Below, one piece after another: positions 42,001 through 51,628 of a stretch of 64,000 nucleotides of DNA. Made by a program: the position numbers and the translations under genes. The stretch's first letter is position 1. Each line of letters begins with the position of its first letter. The DNA is from a virus (Duplodnaviria; Heunggongvirae; Uroviricota; Caudoviricetes): the IMG/VR virus record IMGVR_UViG_2690316121_000006; one strand, 5' to 3'. The notes beneath the pieces are model-generated. The model saw only the letters and a list, made by a program, of their open reading frames with translations, had not been told where the DNA came from and did no database searches.

Positions 42001-42533
42001 AAGAACGTGCACGAGGAAGGGGAACCGCAACGGCAGCTGGCAATGTGTATGTTGATACACCTATGCCAGTTGAAGAGGCACGTCCGGTGGCCAACAACTC
42101 AAGTTACTTTGACCAGCTCGGCGCACAAATGGGGATTGATGGACTGTATGACAAACTCATTAATGCCCGGGGAATGCGCTCAAATAATTCTCCTCAACCA
42201 GCTTCCACGTCCCAGATGACGACTGTCGCCAACGATTTGCAGCAACCAACCGGTCGTATGCAGATAGACGGACAGGTTATTAGTGACCTTGGCGGCTCCG
42301 GTGCCAAGCCGACAATGCAGTTGGCTGATAATACCGTTTCACTTGATGGTGAAACGAAGCGGCTGTTTGCGCAGATGACCTCATTGCTTGCCAGGATTGA
42401 AGAGCACACTAAAGACTCGGCGAAAGGCCAGGGAACTGTCGTAAAGGTCAGCACGCCTCAACCGGGCGTTATGCGCACGGTGCCACTGTCAATTGATGAT
42501 CCGTTGATGAATGACTACGCGAGAGTTGATTGA
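39090..42533 (+). CDS. sit: Sit-like tape-measure/injection protein with lytic transglycosylase (SLT) domain
   Basis: 1147 aa; Gly/Ala/Lys-rich repeats; SLT motif region YSIAATESGGDPNAKS...GALGMFQFT. Confidence 0.75.
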   Translation: MERKNANIDDVIRTVETASAKELEELAGIREAVEDLKGGRVATVDPVSRSVSALNRTIENSRPDFVANAPSVDPIVEAMKRLNLGDVSRVVQEDVAQQEQRAKSTTPKGKKRRRKAIPEDVKAQRTEAAEHAREMFGQKGGAQKSQNQRDARGRFIGKSGSKAAAEDARAERAEKARRKEDDERLNAESGLLKKLSKVAEGIGNPSETRAVDALGYAVAGPLWAAGKELGGISKEVGGSLNGARKSIADVIRGNDDNSRRKGFFRRKSQSSADVVQVNTQKRTVQELQDQTSEIKEGNDKILSALDQIAKNTGKKKGGLLSKLFSLLGKGAGGIASLIFGRGALKKVGSMALGALGIKKVASLLGFGGKKAAAKEAGELATRGAGKLATKGLEKLGVKAFAKGALRAIPLVGTVAGGIYDAVTGWNDTEAQRRTFGLKDGEDPSFQQKAAYTLANVLDMGGLVSGISNAIGGVLKSLGFEDIGNMLQSFSTESIAQAIDSGITNLETYISNLGDTISTTFNDYTAKIGDAISAWFSDTTKSLNEKLDAIKDFFTVDNLKKVFSDAIDSAIDFIKNPGKYIKEAGSNLWNAAKELPGKVADAAVQSTPVAWVASKLVNKADAKEVTPELKTPAKESQEDNAPKTEYTPKKANIVTRVVNASLETAKDSNKTVKETANQIINANAVETGNRALQKIDNAIGQNSSSSSSLNTTGTRNDIQKAADTYNNGNLDVKVGSLGAEGKANLDKLAPYFAELENKYGLPEGTLYSIAATESGGDPNAKSPLTRSPDGKLSGGALGMFQFTSIARKETGISEQDAFDPVKSAEAAALLMSKYLKQANGDLNEAITAYNAGFGTINKWKKGTGDLSKENREYAIKVNTHRARYLGGEIYTPRAGTQGGRPQQSGQSPRMDNLPENAFVDQSTGLAFTPGQNPFEKGGLVDRIGELTGVNDLASKFLNGRGMRREVVQGTLEERARGRGTATAAGNVYVDTPMPVEEARPVANNSSYFDQLGAQMGIDGLYDKLINARGMRSNNSPQPASTSQMTTVANDLQQPTGRMQIDGQVISDLGGSGAKPTMQLADNTVSLDGETKRLFAQMTSLLARIEEHTKDSAKGQGTVVKVSTPQPGVMRTVPLSIDDPLMNDYARVD

Positions 42534-42889
42534 TGGCCAACAATAACGAAATTGATCCTTTACTGACGCTGGAGTTATCCGGCGTAAAAACGTATGAGTC
42601 CCAGGAGGAGGCCTGGGGCGCTCGTTTATATGAGTGGCTAAACACTTATCAGGGTGAGGTATACGGAGATCCGTCATGGGGCAATGTTTTACCGCAGTTT
42701 AAACACGAACCGACCAACTTGTCGCATGTTCAAATTGCGGTTGAGGCAATGCTGTTGCAAAAACTGACGGTAGATTTACCTGACATACCGATTTCTGGCT
42801 TGTCAGTAGCCGAGGGAGATGCTTTTGATAAGTTGAAAATATCCATTCGTATCAGGGATATAACTATCACACAGGACGTGGTGCTATGA
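42530..42889 (+). CDS. baseplate wedge protein (gpW / gp25-like)
   Basis: 119-aa ORF coupled between sit and a large baseplate gene. Confidence 0.4.
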   Translation: MMANNNEIDPLLTLELSGVKTYESQEEAWGARLYEWLNTYQGEVYGDPSWGNVLPQFKHEPTNLSHVQIAVEAMLLQKLTVDLPDIPISGLSVAEGDAFDKLKISIRIRDITITQDVVL

Positions 42890-44319
42890 GTAAAACAACA
42901 CCGACTAAAGACAGTATTCGTGCAGAGTTTGAAGAGCTTGTCGAGAAAGATTCATTCTGGTCGAAGTTTGTCGGCTCTCAATTTGTCTCGATGCTGACAT
43001 TGTTTATTACCCAGATTGTCTACAGGTGCTTTCAGTATGCCGATGCGGCGCTGGCTGAAGGCTTTATATCGACCGCGACGCGGCGTTCCTCTATCCTGGC
43101 AGCGGCAGAAACGAATAGTTACGTTGGTACCAAGCCAACACCGTCATCGGGGATGATTGAGATCACCGCCACAAGTGAAGATGCCCCAGCGGTAATCCCC
43201 AAAAACATGCCTTTAATATCTGACGACCAGTATCCTTACATGACTATGGATGTATGCAGGTTGGTTGACGGCACCGGTACGGTAGAAGTGGCACAGTTGG
43301 AAATCCAGGAGGTGACATATACCGTTACGGCAGCCAAAGAATTTCTGGAAGTCGTGTTATCAAAGGCTCTCACTGCTGTCTGCTATAAGCTGGAAGTATT
43401 CGTGACGACCGATGGTAAGACCACGCAGTGGTCTTCCAGCACTATGTTCCGGTTAGCCGGTAGTAAAAGCCAGGTCTACGTTGAGTTTTATAAACCATCC
43501 GAACAGTTGGGTGTCCGATTCGGCGATGGGCTAATTGGGCAAATACCGCCAGAAGGCTCGACAATTACGCTTAAGGTATGGTGCACCAACGGCGATATAA
43601 CCCTGGTTGCTGGCCAAAACCTGACGCCTGTCGATTCTGCGGCTAATTTAGCTAATTTGATTTCAGTTAAGACAACGACACCTATAACCGCAGGTACCGA
43701 TGCTGAAACAACGGAGATCACACGTAACCGTGCACAATATTACCTTGCCTATGATGATCAGGTCGTATGGGGCGGGGACTATACGTATTTTCTTGTTCGT
43801 AACATCCCGGGGCTGTCCTGGGTAAAGGCATGGGGCGAAGGCCAGCAAGAGAAATTAGATGGTGCTTATAATGTTCAGAATATCAATAAGATATTTATTT
43901 CAGGATGGCATCCAAATAAAAGCCAGTCAGAGCTTGAAGAAATGATCCTGACTGCCTTTAAGAAGGTACCGAATGAACTGAACAAGAAATTCTCTTATAA
44001 AGAGGTCAGAAAACTACCATTTAAGATAACCATCACCGGACGGATATCGGCAAGCCTGACCATTGAGAATGTGACCGATGAGCTGAAGTCGGCACTGGAA
44101 ACAAAATTTGGGCGCGACTCAACTTTCTTTGATCCGAATCGCGTCGGAAAGTACATCCTGATTAAGAAAAAAGACGTTTGGGCTTTTATAGAAACGCTGG
44201 GTTATTTCCGCGACTTTTATCTGGAATTTGTCGAGTGGAATGAGTCCAACGGCTTTTACGATTTCGTTTATCTGGATACAGAAAACTCCACCTTTAATAT
44301 TTCGTATGAGGAGGAGTGA
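42886..44319 (+). CDS. baseplate wedge protein (gpJ / gp6-like)
   Basis: 477-aa ORF, start overlaps previous stop. Confidence 0.45.
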   Translation: MSKTTPTKDSIRAEFEELVEKDSFWSKFVGSQFVSMLTLFITQIVYRCFQYADAALAEGFISTATRRSSILAAAETNSYVGTKPTPSSGMIEITATSEDAPAVIPKNMPLISDDQYPYMTMDVCRLVDGTGTVEVAQLEIQEVTYTVTAAKEFLEVVLSKALTAVCYKLEVFVTTDGKTTQWSSSTMFRLAGSKSQVYVEFYKPSEQLGVRFGDGLIGQIPPEGSTITLKVWCTNGDITLVAGQNLTPVDSAANLANLISVKTTTPITAGTDAETTEITRNRAQYYLAYDDQVVWGGDYTYFLVRNIPGLSWVKAWGEGQQEKLDGAYNVQNINKIFISGWHPNKSQSELEEMILTAFKKVPNELNKKFSYKEVRKLPFKITITGRISASLTIENVTDELKSALETKFGRDSTFFDPNRVGKYILIKKKDVWAFIETLGYFRDFYLEFVEWNESNGFYDFVYLDTENSTFNISYEEE

Positions 44320-45155
44320 TGCAGCGTTCCTGGTTTAATAACCGGCTTACATCAGCTAAGCAAAAGTCATTGCTCTATAAATCATTGGCTGATTTGGTTC
44401 AGTCAATGATGGATACCTTTGTTGACCCATGGTTGGAGCGAATTACCAACCGGAAGTCTATTTTTTCCATGAGCAAGGAGGATCTGGAGACCAGGACAAA
44501 TGAACTTGGCCAGTTCTTTACTATCAGAACGTCGAACTCATCTTCCGTTCCGATGTTGTTACAACAGCGTCTTGATGAGATTCACTTTAAGGGGACTGAA
44601 CGCCCTATAAACCAGACAATTTACCGCGAATTTAACGGTATTTCTGTTTTATGGGATCCGATATATGCACCGGTGGACCTTGAGCGTCATCCCTATGGCA
44701 CGGTTCTAATACCAGAAAGCACACTGGAAACTACCGGCGGCACATTCGGCGAGATGTTTCTGACTTCCAGAGGGATGATCAGTATTCCCATAAACGACCT
44801 GGCCCGGACAATGGGGATTACTGGCACGATAGATCAGTCCGCAATTACAGAAGAAATTCTCAGAAAGTTTAATCAGTTCGTAAAGCCTCTACTGCCACTG
44901 CATATAGTGTTTGATGGGCTTACGCTCTATTTGTCGGTTGTTGTAAATGAACAGGCCGACATGATCACTTTGAACGAGATTTCTGATACCGAAAAAGCAT
45001 TCTGCTGGTTTGAAACTTCGGATACAACTTCGCTTACTGGAGTTACGTCGATTAGCGCCCCGATCACCGCAACGCCTGGTGGCACTATTGTGAAAGCGAC
45101 ACCTACGTTTGATCGCACACGCGCAGATGATTTGTTGCTGGATAGCGACGCCTGA
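44316..45155 (+). CDS. baseplate protein (gpI-like)
   Basis: 279-aa ORF, overlapping start/stop with previous gene. Confidence 0.4.
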   Translation: MMQRSWFNNRLTSAKQKSLLYKSLADLVQSMMDTFVDPWLERITNRKSIFSMSKEDLETRTNELGQFFTIRTSNSSSVPMLLQQRLDEIHFKGTERPINQTIYREFNGISVLWDPIYAPVDLERHPYGTVLIPESTLETTGGTFGEMFLTSRGMISIPINDLARTMGITGTIDQSAITEEILRKFNQFVKPLLPLHIVFDGLTLYLSVVVNEQADMITLNEISDTEKAFCWFETSDTTSLTGVTSISAPITATPGGTIVKATPTFDRTRADDLLLDSDA

Positions 45156-45233
45156 CAATCACCCCGTCCGCAGGGCGGGGTGACAAGTTACTTCTCTTAC
45201 AATGAGGCTTCACAACATTGATTAGGGAAAATC

Positions 45234-45668
45234 ATGTCTGACGTCTCAACAAACCTCTATAAGAGTCAGTTGTTGGACTATTACTATCAGCGGCGCGCTG
45301 AATCGTCCATTAACAAAGGCTCTCGATTTTTAATCAGCAAGGCCGTTTTCGGTACCAGTTCACTGGTTACTAAGAAAGGAGATGGCACTTATGAGATTGG
45401 AGAACTGCCAAAGGCTTTCGATCTGGCAGAACTGACCAGTCAATTTTGCACCATCAACCTCGTCCCAACCTACTCAGGCGGGATAATTACTGTCCGAATG
45501 GACCTTGATCAAAGCCAGTTGCAGGAAGGGAAAAACTACCCATTCAACACTCTGGTTGTTCTGGATAACGAGAACAAGCCAATCGCCATTATTTGTGTCC
45601 AGGAAGACTCGCTGTATGTGGGCAAAACATATACCGCAGTTATGGCCATAAACACGACTACAGCATAA
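45234..45668 (+). CDS. tail fibre-associated protein upstream of the fibre gene (P1 R-like position)
   Basis: 144-aa ORF directly preceding tail fibre gene. Confidence 0.4.
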   Translation: MSDVSTNLYKSQLLDYYYQRRAESSINKGSRFLISKAVFGTSSLVTKKGDGTYEIGELPKAFDLAELTSQFCTINLVPTYSGGIITVRMDLDQSQLQEGKNYPFNTLVVLDNENKPIAIICVQEDSLYVGKTYTAVMAINTTTA

Positions 45669-45679
45669 GGATATGCTTG

Positions 45680-48600
45680 ATGAATGACGTTACAGTTGTC
45701 ACATCGGTTACTTACCCATCACCCGAGTCGTTGGCTCTGGTGGCTGATGTGCAATACCACGAACCATATCTGTCAGCCGCGCTAAACCGAAAATTCAGGG
45801 GGATTGTTGACCCGGGATTTTATGCCGGTTTCTTACCTAAGCCTGGCGGTGGGATGAACCTGTTAATCACCTCAGTGGATGGTGATAAAACCGCAGGCGC
45901 GGCGTCGGTGGATATTGGTGAATTCTACCAGGTAACTATTCAGCAACGTAAGGATATTTCTCTTGCACTTAGTGCAGGCAAGAAATATGCAATTGTGCTG
46001 AAGGGAAGATACCTCCTTGGAGAAGATACCTATCAGGTGAATACCGCGTCACATATTCATGCGGCTGAATTTGTTTCCAGAACCTATACCGATTCATATC
46101 AGTTAGGAGATGGGGAGCTGCTTGTTTGTACGGTGAATATCCCTGCTGGTGTATCTGCCATTACCCAGGAGATGATTGATACATCCGAGCGTATTAACCG
46201 CACGATCGGCATTGATATTTCAGACTCTGTAACCAGTAGCAGAAGTGATGTTGCGGCAAGTTCGCTGGCAGTTAAAAAAGCCTACGATCTGGCGAAAAGT
46301 AAGTATACGGCGCAGGATGCAAGCACAACGCAAAAGGGATTAGTTCAGCTCAGTAGCGAAACTAACAGCGACAGCGAAACAATGGCTGCTACCCCTAAAG
46401 CAGTTAAGTCTGTAAAAGATCTTGCTGATACCAAAGCGCCAATAGAAAGCCCGAGTCTGACAGGAACGCCAACCGCGCCGACGGCAGCGCAAGGTACAAA
46501 TAGCACGCAGATCGCAAATACAGCCTTTGTTAAGGCAGCTATAACGGCACTTATCAACGGCGCACCTGGCACACTGGATACGCTTAAAGAAATAGCTGCT
46601 GCGATCAATAACGACCCGAATTTCAGCACAACTATCAACAATGCTCTGGCTCTTAAAGCTCCTTTAGCAAGTCCTGCATTAACGGGAATACCTACTGCGC
46701 CTACCGCTGCACAGGGTACGAATAACACGCAGATTGCTACGACCGCTTATGTAAGAGCTGCCATATCCGCATTGGTTGGTTCATCACCAGAAGCTCTTGA
46801 TACCCTGAATGAGCTTGCCGCAGCACTTGGTAATGACCCTAACTTTGCGACAACAATGACAAATGCGCTGGCAGGCAAACAGCCTCTGGATGCAACTTTA
46901 ACCGCGCTTGCTGGTCTTGCTACAGGTGCAAATAAATTGCCGTACTTTACCGGTACAGACACTGTTTCTCAGACTGACTTAACGTCAGTCGGTCGCGATA
47001 TTCTGGCCAAAACAAGCGTCCTTGCTGTTATCCAATACCTTGGTTTAAGAGAACTCGGTACCAGCGGTGAAAAGATCCCCCTGTTGAGCACGGCTAACAC
47101 ATGGAGTGCACGCCAGACTTTCAACGGCGGGATCACCGGGGCGCTGGCAGGGAATGCCGACACCGCGACGAAATTGAAAACAGCACGCTCGATTGGCGGT
47201 GTGGCATTTGATGGCTCGGCCAATATCAATCTTCCAGGTGTAAATACAACAGGTAACCAGAACACCACGGGGAATGCTGCTACCGCGACAAAACTTGCGA
47301 CGGCAAGAAACATCAACGGTGTTAAATTTGATGGTTCTGTGGACATTTCGATACCAACAATTACGTCCAGAGGGCGTGTTACTGCGCTCACCGGTACAAC
47401 ACAAGGTGCTGCTACTGGATTGCAAATGTATGAGGCGTACAACAACGGCTATCCTTCTGCTTACGGGAATGTGCTTCATCTTAAGGGCGCAACGGCAGTT
47501 GGTGAAGGTGAGTTGTTCATAGGTTGGAGCGGTACAAGTGGCGCTCATGCACCTGTACATGTACGTTCGCGACGAGATACTGATACAGCCAGTTGGTCAG
47601 AGTGGGCGCAGGTCTACACATCGAAGGATTCCATCCCTGGTGTAAATACCACGGGCAACCAGAACACAACCGGAAACGCGGCGTCTGCAACGAAATTACA
47701 AACGGCAAGAACTATTGGTGGTGTTTCATTTAATGGCACCGCAAACATCGACCTGCCGGGCGTGAATAAAACAGGCAATCAGAGCACTACCGGCAATGCA
47801 GCTACAGCCACAAAACTGCAAACAGCACGCACCATTAATGGGGTTTCATTTGACGGAACGGCTAATATTTCGCTGTCACCGGCAAATATTGGTTGCCCGG
47901 CATCTCCTACTGGTTGGCTTGAAACAGGTGATAATGGAGCATCAATAACAACAGAGCAATTAGTGACTCTGCTACGAGATAATGGTGCTTTTAATGCAAA
48001 GGTATGGATAGCGCGTTGTGCTTGGGCGTATGCAAATAGTGCATCCATACCAGACAGCGAAACAGGATGCGGCATTATTCCACTGGCTGGCGCAGTTATT
48101 GAGGTGTTTAATAACGGCAGTAGCTCAAACAATTATACGATTCGTATAACAACGGCAACAACGACAAGCGTTTCTGGCGCACTCACTAATGCGGAGTTTG
48201 TCTATGTGTTTAACGGGACGAGCTATTCACCAGGATGGCGCAGAGCGTATAACACTAAAAACAAACCTACTGCGGCTGATGTCGGAGCTTTACCACTATC
48301 TGGAGGAGCGTTAACTGGCGGATTAACTGCTGCTGGCGAGATTATTTCCAAATCGGCGAATGGTCTTCGTATTGCCTATGGCAACTATGGATTCTTTATC
48401 CGAAACGATGGTTCAAGCACATACTTCATGTTGACCGCCTCGGGTGACAATCTTGGAACATGGAATAGTTTAAGACCGCTTACCATTAACAACGCCAACG
48501 GGGCTGTTTCAATCGGTAATGGACTCAATGTAACTGGCGATATAAGAACCAATGCATGGGTATATGCAAACAGATTTTCTGTTAATAGCAGCTCAGGTTC

Positions 48601-49093
48601 TTGGATTAGTATGCGAGATCAAAATGTTATTTTTGGTCTTAATAAGGTATCAACCAGTTCCGCCCAGGCATTATTAAGACAAGACCATGCTGACAGAAAG
48701 TTCTTTATTGGTGGTCTTGGTAATAGTCAATTCGGCTTTTACATGATTAACAACTCAAGAACAGCAAATGGTACAGATGGCCAAGCATTTCTTGATAGCA
48801 GTGGTAACTTCCAGTGCGGCAGGCAAATACTTCCAGCTAACTATAGTAATTTTGACTCGCGCTACGCATTAAAAACGGCTTGTGTGACAAGCGTAAGAAT
48901 GGGATCTGCTGCCAGTTATAAACCATCAAGCAATGGTGTTTCCTGGACTCAGAATCTAGGAAGCGGACTGGTTATGACAGGTATTATTGTTCAAGAAACA
49001 GGAAGTAATTCAGCTGACAATATCGGTGGTATTTATTATCGACCGGTTCAATATTGTATCAATGGAACATGGTACACAGCAGCATCAGTATAA
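45680..49093 (+). CDS. tail fibre protein: constant N-terminal part plus currently expressed variable C-terminal part
   Basis: about 1137 aa from ATG at 45680; repeated PGVNTTGNQNTTGNAATATKL and ALKAPLASPALTGIPTAPTAAQGTN units; 3' third lies inside the invertible segment. Confidence 0.8.
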   Translation: MNDVTVVTSVTYPSPESLALVADVQYHEPYLSAALNRKFRGIVDPGFYAGFLPKPGGGMNLLITSVDGDKTAGAASVDIGEFYQVTIQQRKDISLALSAGKKYAIVLKGRYLLGEDTYQVNTASHIHAAEFVSRTYTDSYQLGDGELLVCTVNIPAGVSAITQEMIDTSERINRTIGIDISDSVTSSRSDVAASSLAVKKAYDLAKSKYTAQDASTTQKGLVQLSSETNSDSETMAATPKAVKSVKDLADTKAPIESPSLTGTPTAPTAAQGTNSTQIANTAFVKAAITALINGAPGTLDTLKEIAAAINNDPNFSTTINNALALKAPLASPALTGIPTAPTAAQGTNNTQIATTAYVRAAISALVGSSPEALDTLNELAAALGNDPNFATTMTNALAGKQPLDATLTALAGLATGANKLPYFTGTDTVSQTDLTSVGRDILAKTSVLAVIQYLGLRELGTSGEKIPLLSTANTWSARQTFNGGITGALAGNADTATKLKTARSIGGVAFDGSANINLPGVNTTGNQNTTGNAATATKLATARNINGVKFDGSVDISIPTITSRGRVTALTGTTQGAATGLQMYEAYNNGYPSAYGNVLHLKGATAVGEGELFIGWSGTSGAHAPVHVRSRRDTDTASWSEWAQVYTSKDSIPGVNTTGNQNTTGNAASATKLQTARTIGGVSFNGTANIDLPGVNKTGNQSTTGNAATATKLQTARTINGVSFDGTANISLSPANIGCPASPTGWLETGDNGASITTEQLVTLLRDNGAFNAKVWIARCAWAYANSASIPDSETGCGIIPLAGAVIEVFNNGSSSNNYTIRITTATTTSVSGALTNAEFVYVFNGTSYSPGWRRAYNTKNKPTAADVGALPLSGGALTGGLTAAGEIISKSANGLRIAYGNYGFFIRNDGSSTYFMLTASGDNLGTWNSLRPLTINNANGAVSIGNGLNVTGDIRTNAWVYANRFSVNSSSGSWISMRDQNVIFGLNKVSTSSAQALLRQDHADRKFFIGGLGNSQFGFYMINNSRTANGTDGQAFLDSSGNFQCGRQILPANYSNFDSRYALKTACVTSVRMGSAASYKPSSNGVSWTQNLGSGLVMTGIIVQETGSNSADNIGGIYYRPVQYCINGTWYTAASV
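48397..48422. other. candidate cix-like crossover site inside the tail fibre gene
   Basis: ATCCGAAACGATGGTTCAAGCACA resembles Gin/Cin sites; marks start of a roughly 100-bp inverted repeat shared with 50820-50949. Confidence 0.45.
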
Positions 49094-49104
49094 TGAGAGA
49101 GCAT

Positions 49105-49620
49105 ATGAATAACTTTAAAAATTTCGCACCATATACGCCAGGCGAAGATAAAAGAGAGCTTGTTGATGCAGGAGTTTTATTCCTGTTGGATGAAAACGGT
49201 AACGACTGGTATGAATGTCAGAAGTTATTTTCGGAATGTACAAAGGTAATTGCGTATGATAGCAACAACATCGTTGTCAGCATTACAGATGATGTCTCAA
49301 CCCTTTGGCCCATAGGATTATCTGTAGCAGAAGTGGATGGTTTACCTGAAGATGTAGATATCAACGGTGGTTGGGTGTTTAGAGACAACTCTGTTGTTAA
49401 ACGCATATATTCTGATACGGAGTTACAACAGCAAGCTGAATCAAAAAAGGCCGCCTTGCTTTCACACGCCGAATCAGTAATTGTAACTCTTGAGCGGGCG
49501 GTTAAATTGAATATGGCAACAGATGAGGAACGAGCTAAACTGGAAGCATGGGAGCATTATAGCGTGTTGGTTTATCGCGTAGATACAGCTAAACCAGAAT
49601 GGCCAGAAGAACCGGAGTGA
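49105..49620 (+). CDS. tail fibre assembly chaperone (Tfa / U-like)
   Basis: 171 aa from ATG at 49105; paralog of the minus-strand ORF 49652..50209. Confidence 0.6.
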   Translation: MNNFKNFAPYTPGEDKRELVDAGVLFLLDENGNDWYECQKLFSECTKVIAYDSNNIVVSITDDVSTLWPIGLSVAEVDGLPEDVDINGGWVFRDNSVVKRIYSDTELQQQAESKKAALLSHAESVIVTLERAVKLNMATDEERAKLEAWEHYSVLVYRVDTAKPEWPEEPE

Positions 49621-49621
49621 A

Positions 49622-49650
49622 GTGAAGGCCCGATTTATCGGGCCTTCACT
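49622..49650. terminator. bidirectional hairpin between convergent chaperone genes
   Basis: GTGAAGGCCCGAT..ATCGGGCCTTCAC perfect stem followed by TTTT. Confidence 0.55.
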
Positions 49651-49651
49651 T

Positions 49652-50209
49652 TTAACCTGGCTCAGTAGGCCAGACGATCGCATTGAAACTGGCTTTATCT
49701 GTTATTGTGTTGAAATCTAATGCATTAACTGCATCAATATAGTCCAGCCAGGCGTCAAGAGAAGACTGTTCATCTTCAGATAATATTCTGCCGCGTAGTA
49801 ATTTTGTCTGGCTAATCACGAGTTGTTGACGTGCGTTGTTAAGTAGCTCAGTGCGTCTTGATTCCGCCATAGCTTTTAACTCATCTGCGGTTCTTACTCT
49901 TTCAACCACATTTTTTCCGTCAAACATCCAGTTCCCGTTAATATCTACTCCATCAGGCAGGATTTCTATTTCTGCTACAGATGCTCCCACTGGCCAGAGT
50001 GTTGAAACATCGTTTGAAATACTCACAACAATATTATCGCTGTCATAAACTATCTTTATCGTGTTCTCATGAAAAAATTTCTGACATTCATACCAGTCAT
50101 TACCGTTTTCATCACGTAAAAATACAACTCCTGCTTCAACAAGCTCTGACTTATCTTCATCTGGGGTGTAGGATGTGAACTTTTTAAAATTAATCATCGT
50201 TTGATCCAT
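49652..50209 (-). CDS. alternative tail fibre assembly chaperone (U'-like), silent orientation
   Basis: 185 aa; shares NFKKFTSYTPDEDK...ENGNDWYECQK with the plus-strand chaperone. Confidence 0.6.
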   Translation of the reverse strand: MDQTMINFKKFTSYTPDEDKSELVEAGVVFLRDENGNDWYECQKFFHENTIKIVYDSDNIVVSISNDVSTLWPVGASVAEIEILPDGVDINGNWMFDGKNVVERVRTADELKAMAESRRTELLNNARQQLVISQTKLLRGRILSEDEQSSLDAWLDYIDAVNALDFNTITDKASFNAIVWPTEPG

Positions 50210-50215
50210 TAATAA

Positions 50216-50917
50216 TCATGCTGTGGCTGCTGTATACCAAGTTCCATTAATGCAATACTGTAAAGGCCTCAATCTTGCTGGGTCGTCACCATCAACTTCA
50301 CCAATAATCCCAAGCCCTGTAATGACATAGCCAGCAGTTTCAAACATCGTGCCTTTCTGCATGGTATGAGTTTTATATGCCCCAAGTCTGACGCTAGTCA
50401 CACAAGCCGTCTTTAATGCGTAGCGCGAGTCAAAATTACTATAATTAGAGGGGGACACCTGACCATTTACAGCAAATGTTATACTGTTATCAGTATTTCT
50501 CTGACTATAAAAATGCCATCCTGAATCATCACCTAATTCAGCTACAACAGGACGAGTAGAGGCACCCCATAGATTAAAGGTTACGTTCTTAGTGGATGTG
50601 TTTGAACTTGATAATGAAAAAGTTTTACTATCTCCGACCAGCAATTTTTTTAAAGAAAAAGCTGCATCATTCTTAAAGCGGAATACTCGCTGACTATTAG
50701 CGTAAACATCAAGAATGCCATCACCATTCTGTTTAAAACCAGTATCATTATCGCCAAGGACGATAGAGTTACCACCAAGAGCATTTGCAGTACCCAGACC
50801 AACAGAACCATAAACAGTTAAACCATTACCGATTGAAACAGCACCATTGGCGTTGTTAATGGTAAGCGGTCTTAAACTATTCCATGTTCCAAGATTGTCA
50901 CCCGAGGCGGTCAACAT
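50216..50917 (-). CDS. alternative tail fibre variable C-terminal segment (Sv'-like), expressed only after inversion
   Basis: N-terminal 33 aa identical to the fibre segment encoded at 48421; conserved C-terminal QYCINGTWYTAA. Confidence 0.65.
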   Translation of the reverse strand: MLTASGDNLGTWNSLRPLTINNANGAVSIGNGLTVYGSVGLGTANALGGNSIVLGDNDTGFKQNGDGILDVYANSQRVFRFKNDAAFSLKKLLVGDSKTFSLSSSNTSTKNVTFNLWGASTRPVVAELGDDSGWHFYSQRNTDNSITFAVNGQVSPSNYSNFDSRYALKTACVTSVRLGAYKTHTMQKGTMFETAGYVITGLGIIGEVDGDDPARLRPLQYCINGTWYTAATA

Positions 50918-50923
50918 GAAGTA

Positions 50924-50949
50924 TGTGCTTGAACCAAGGTTTAGGATTG
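50924..50949. other. candidate cix-like crossover site next to cin
   Basis: reverse complement reads ATCCTAAACCTTGGTTCAAGCACA, similar to the site at 48397-48422. Confidence 0.45.
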
Positions 50950-51501
50950 AAATGATGACGCCGGAAACTTCTTATAAAGCGTGGAAACAGCCACATCATA
51001 GATGATTGCAACCTGCTTACGGGGGATGCCCTTCTCCAGCAATCGCCGCATTTGCTGCAATGTTTCTTCTTGGTATTTAGGCCGACGCCCACCTATACGA
51101 CCTTCTGCGCGAGCTGCATCAAGTCCAGCGCGTGTACGTTCAACGATAAGCTCACGTTCCATTTCTGCCAGCGCCCCCATTACGTGAAAGAAAAAGCGCC
51201 CCATTGGTGTACTGGTGTCGATGGAGTCAGTGAGACTCCGGAAGTTAATGCCTCTGTCACGCAGCTCTTCCACCAGCACAACTAAGTGACGCATGCTGCG
51301 CCCAAGACGGTCTAACTTCCATACGACCAGGGTATCACCTCTGGAAAGCATACGGAGTACCTTTTTTAACCCAGGGCGCTCAGCCTTTTTGCCGCTCGCC
51401 TTGTCCTCAAAAATTAGCTCACATCCTGCGCTTTCAAGAGCATTTCGTTGTAAAGCAGTGTTTTGTTCATTTGTTGATACGCGTACATAGCCTATTAGCA
51501 T
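50941..51501 (-). CDS. cin: serine DNA invertase (Cin/Gin/Hin/Pin family)
   Basis: 186 aa; N-terminal MLIGYVRVSTNEQNTALQ with catalytic Ser; C-terminal HTH; adjacent to invertible segment. Confidence 0.85.
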   Translation of the reverse strand: MLIGYVRVSTNEQNTALQRNALESAGCELIFEDKASGKKAERPGLKKVLRMLSRGDTLVVWKLDRLGRSMRHLVVLVEELRDRGINFRSLTDSIDTSTPMGRFFFHVMGALAEMERELIVERTRAGLDAARAEGRIGGRRPKYQEETLQQMRRLLEKGIPRKQVAIIYDVAVSTLYKKFPASSFQS

Positions 51502-51628
51502 ATTTTCTGCTCACTATCGTTATTTATAGCAAGCTGCGGATTTTAATTAACAAAAACCTGTGTGTGTGGAAATCACAAAGTACATACCGTTTCCCAATGA
51601 TATTTAATTCACTATTAAGGAAATAGTT

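Larger units (their letters stand above)
48409..50937. other. invertible tail-fibre segment (C-segment / G-segment analogue), about 2.5 kb
   Basis: bounded by inverted repeats; holds fibre tip + chaperone on plus strand and alternative tip + chaperone on minus strand; invertase gene adjacent. Confidence 0.65.

Noticed and set aside
45593-45679. Track start of the tail-fibre ORF at 45593
   Set aside because: That extension overlaps the upstream gene; an ATG at 45680 with an AAGGA ribosome-binding site directly after the upstream stop is the more plausible start.
46345-48132. Minus-strand ORFs inside the tail-fibre gene (46345..46728, 46747..46962, 46969..47445, 47045..47560, 47779..48132)
   Set aside because: Antisense to a repeat-rich coding region with low-complexity translations; artefacts of the repetitive fibre sequence.
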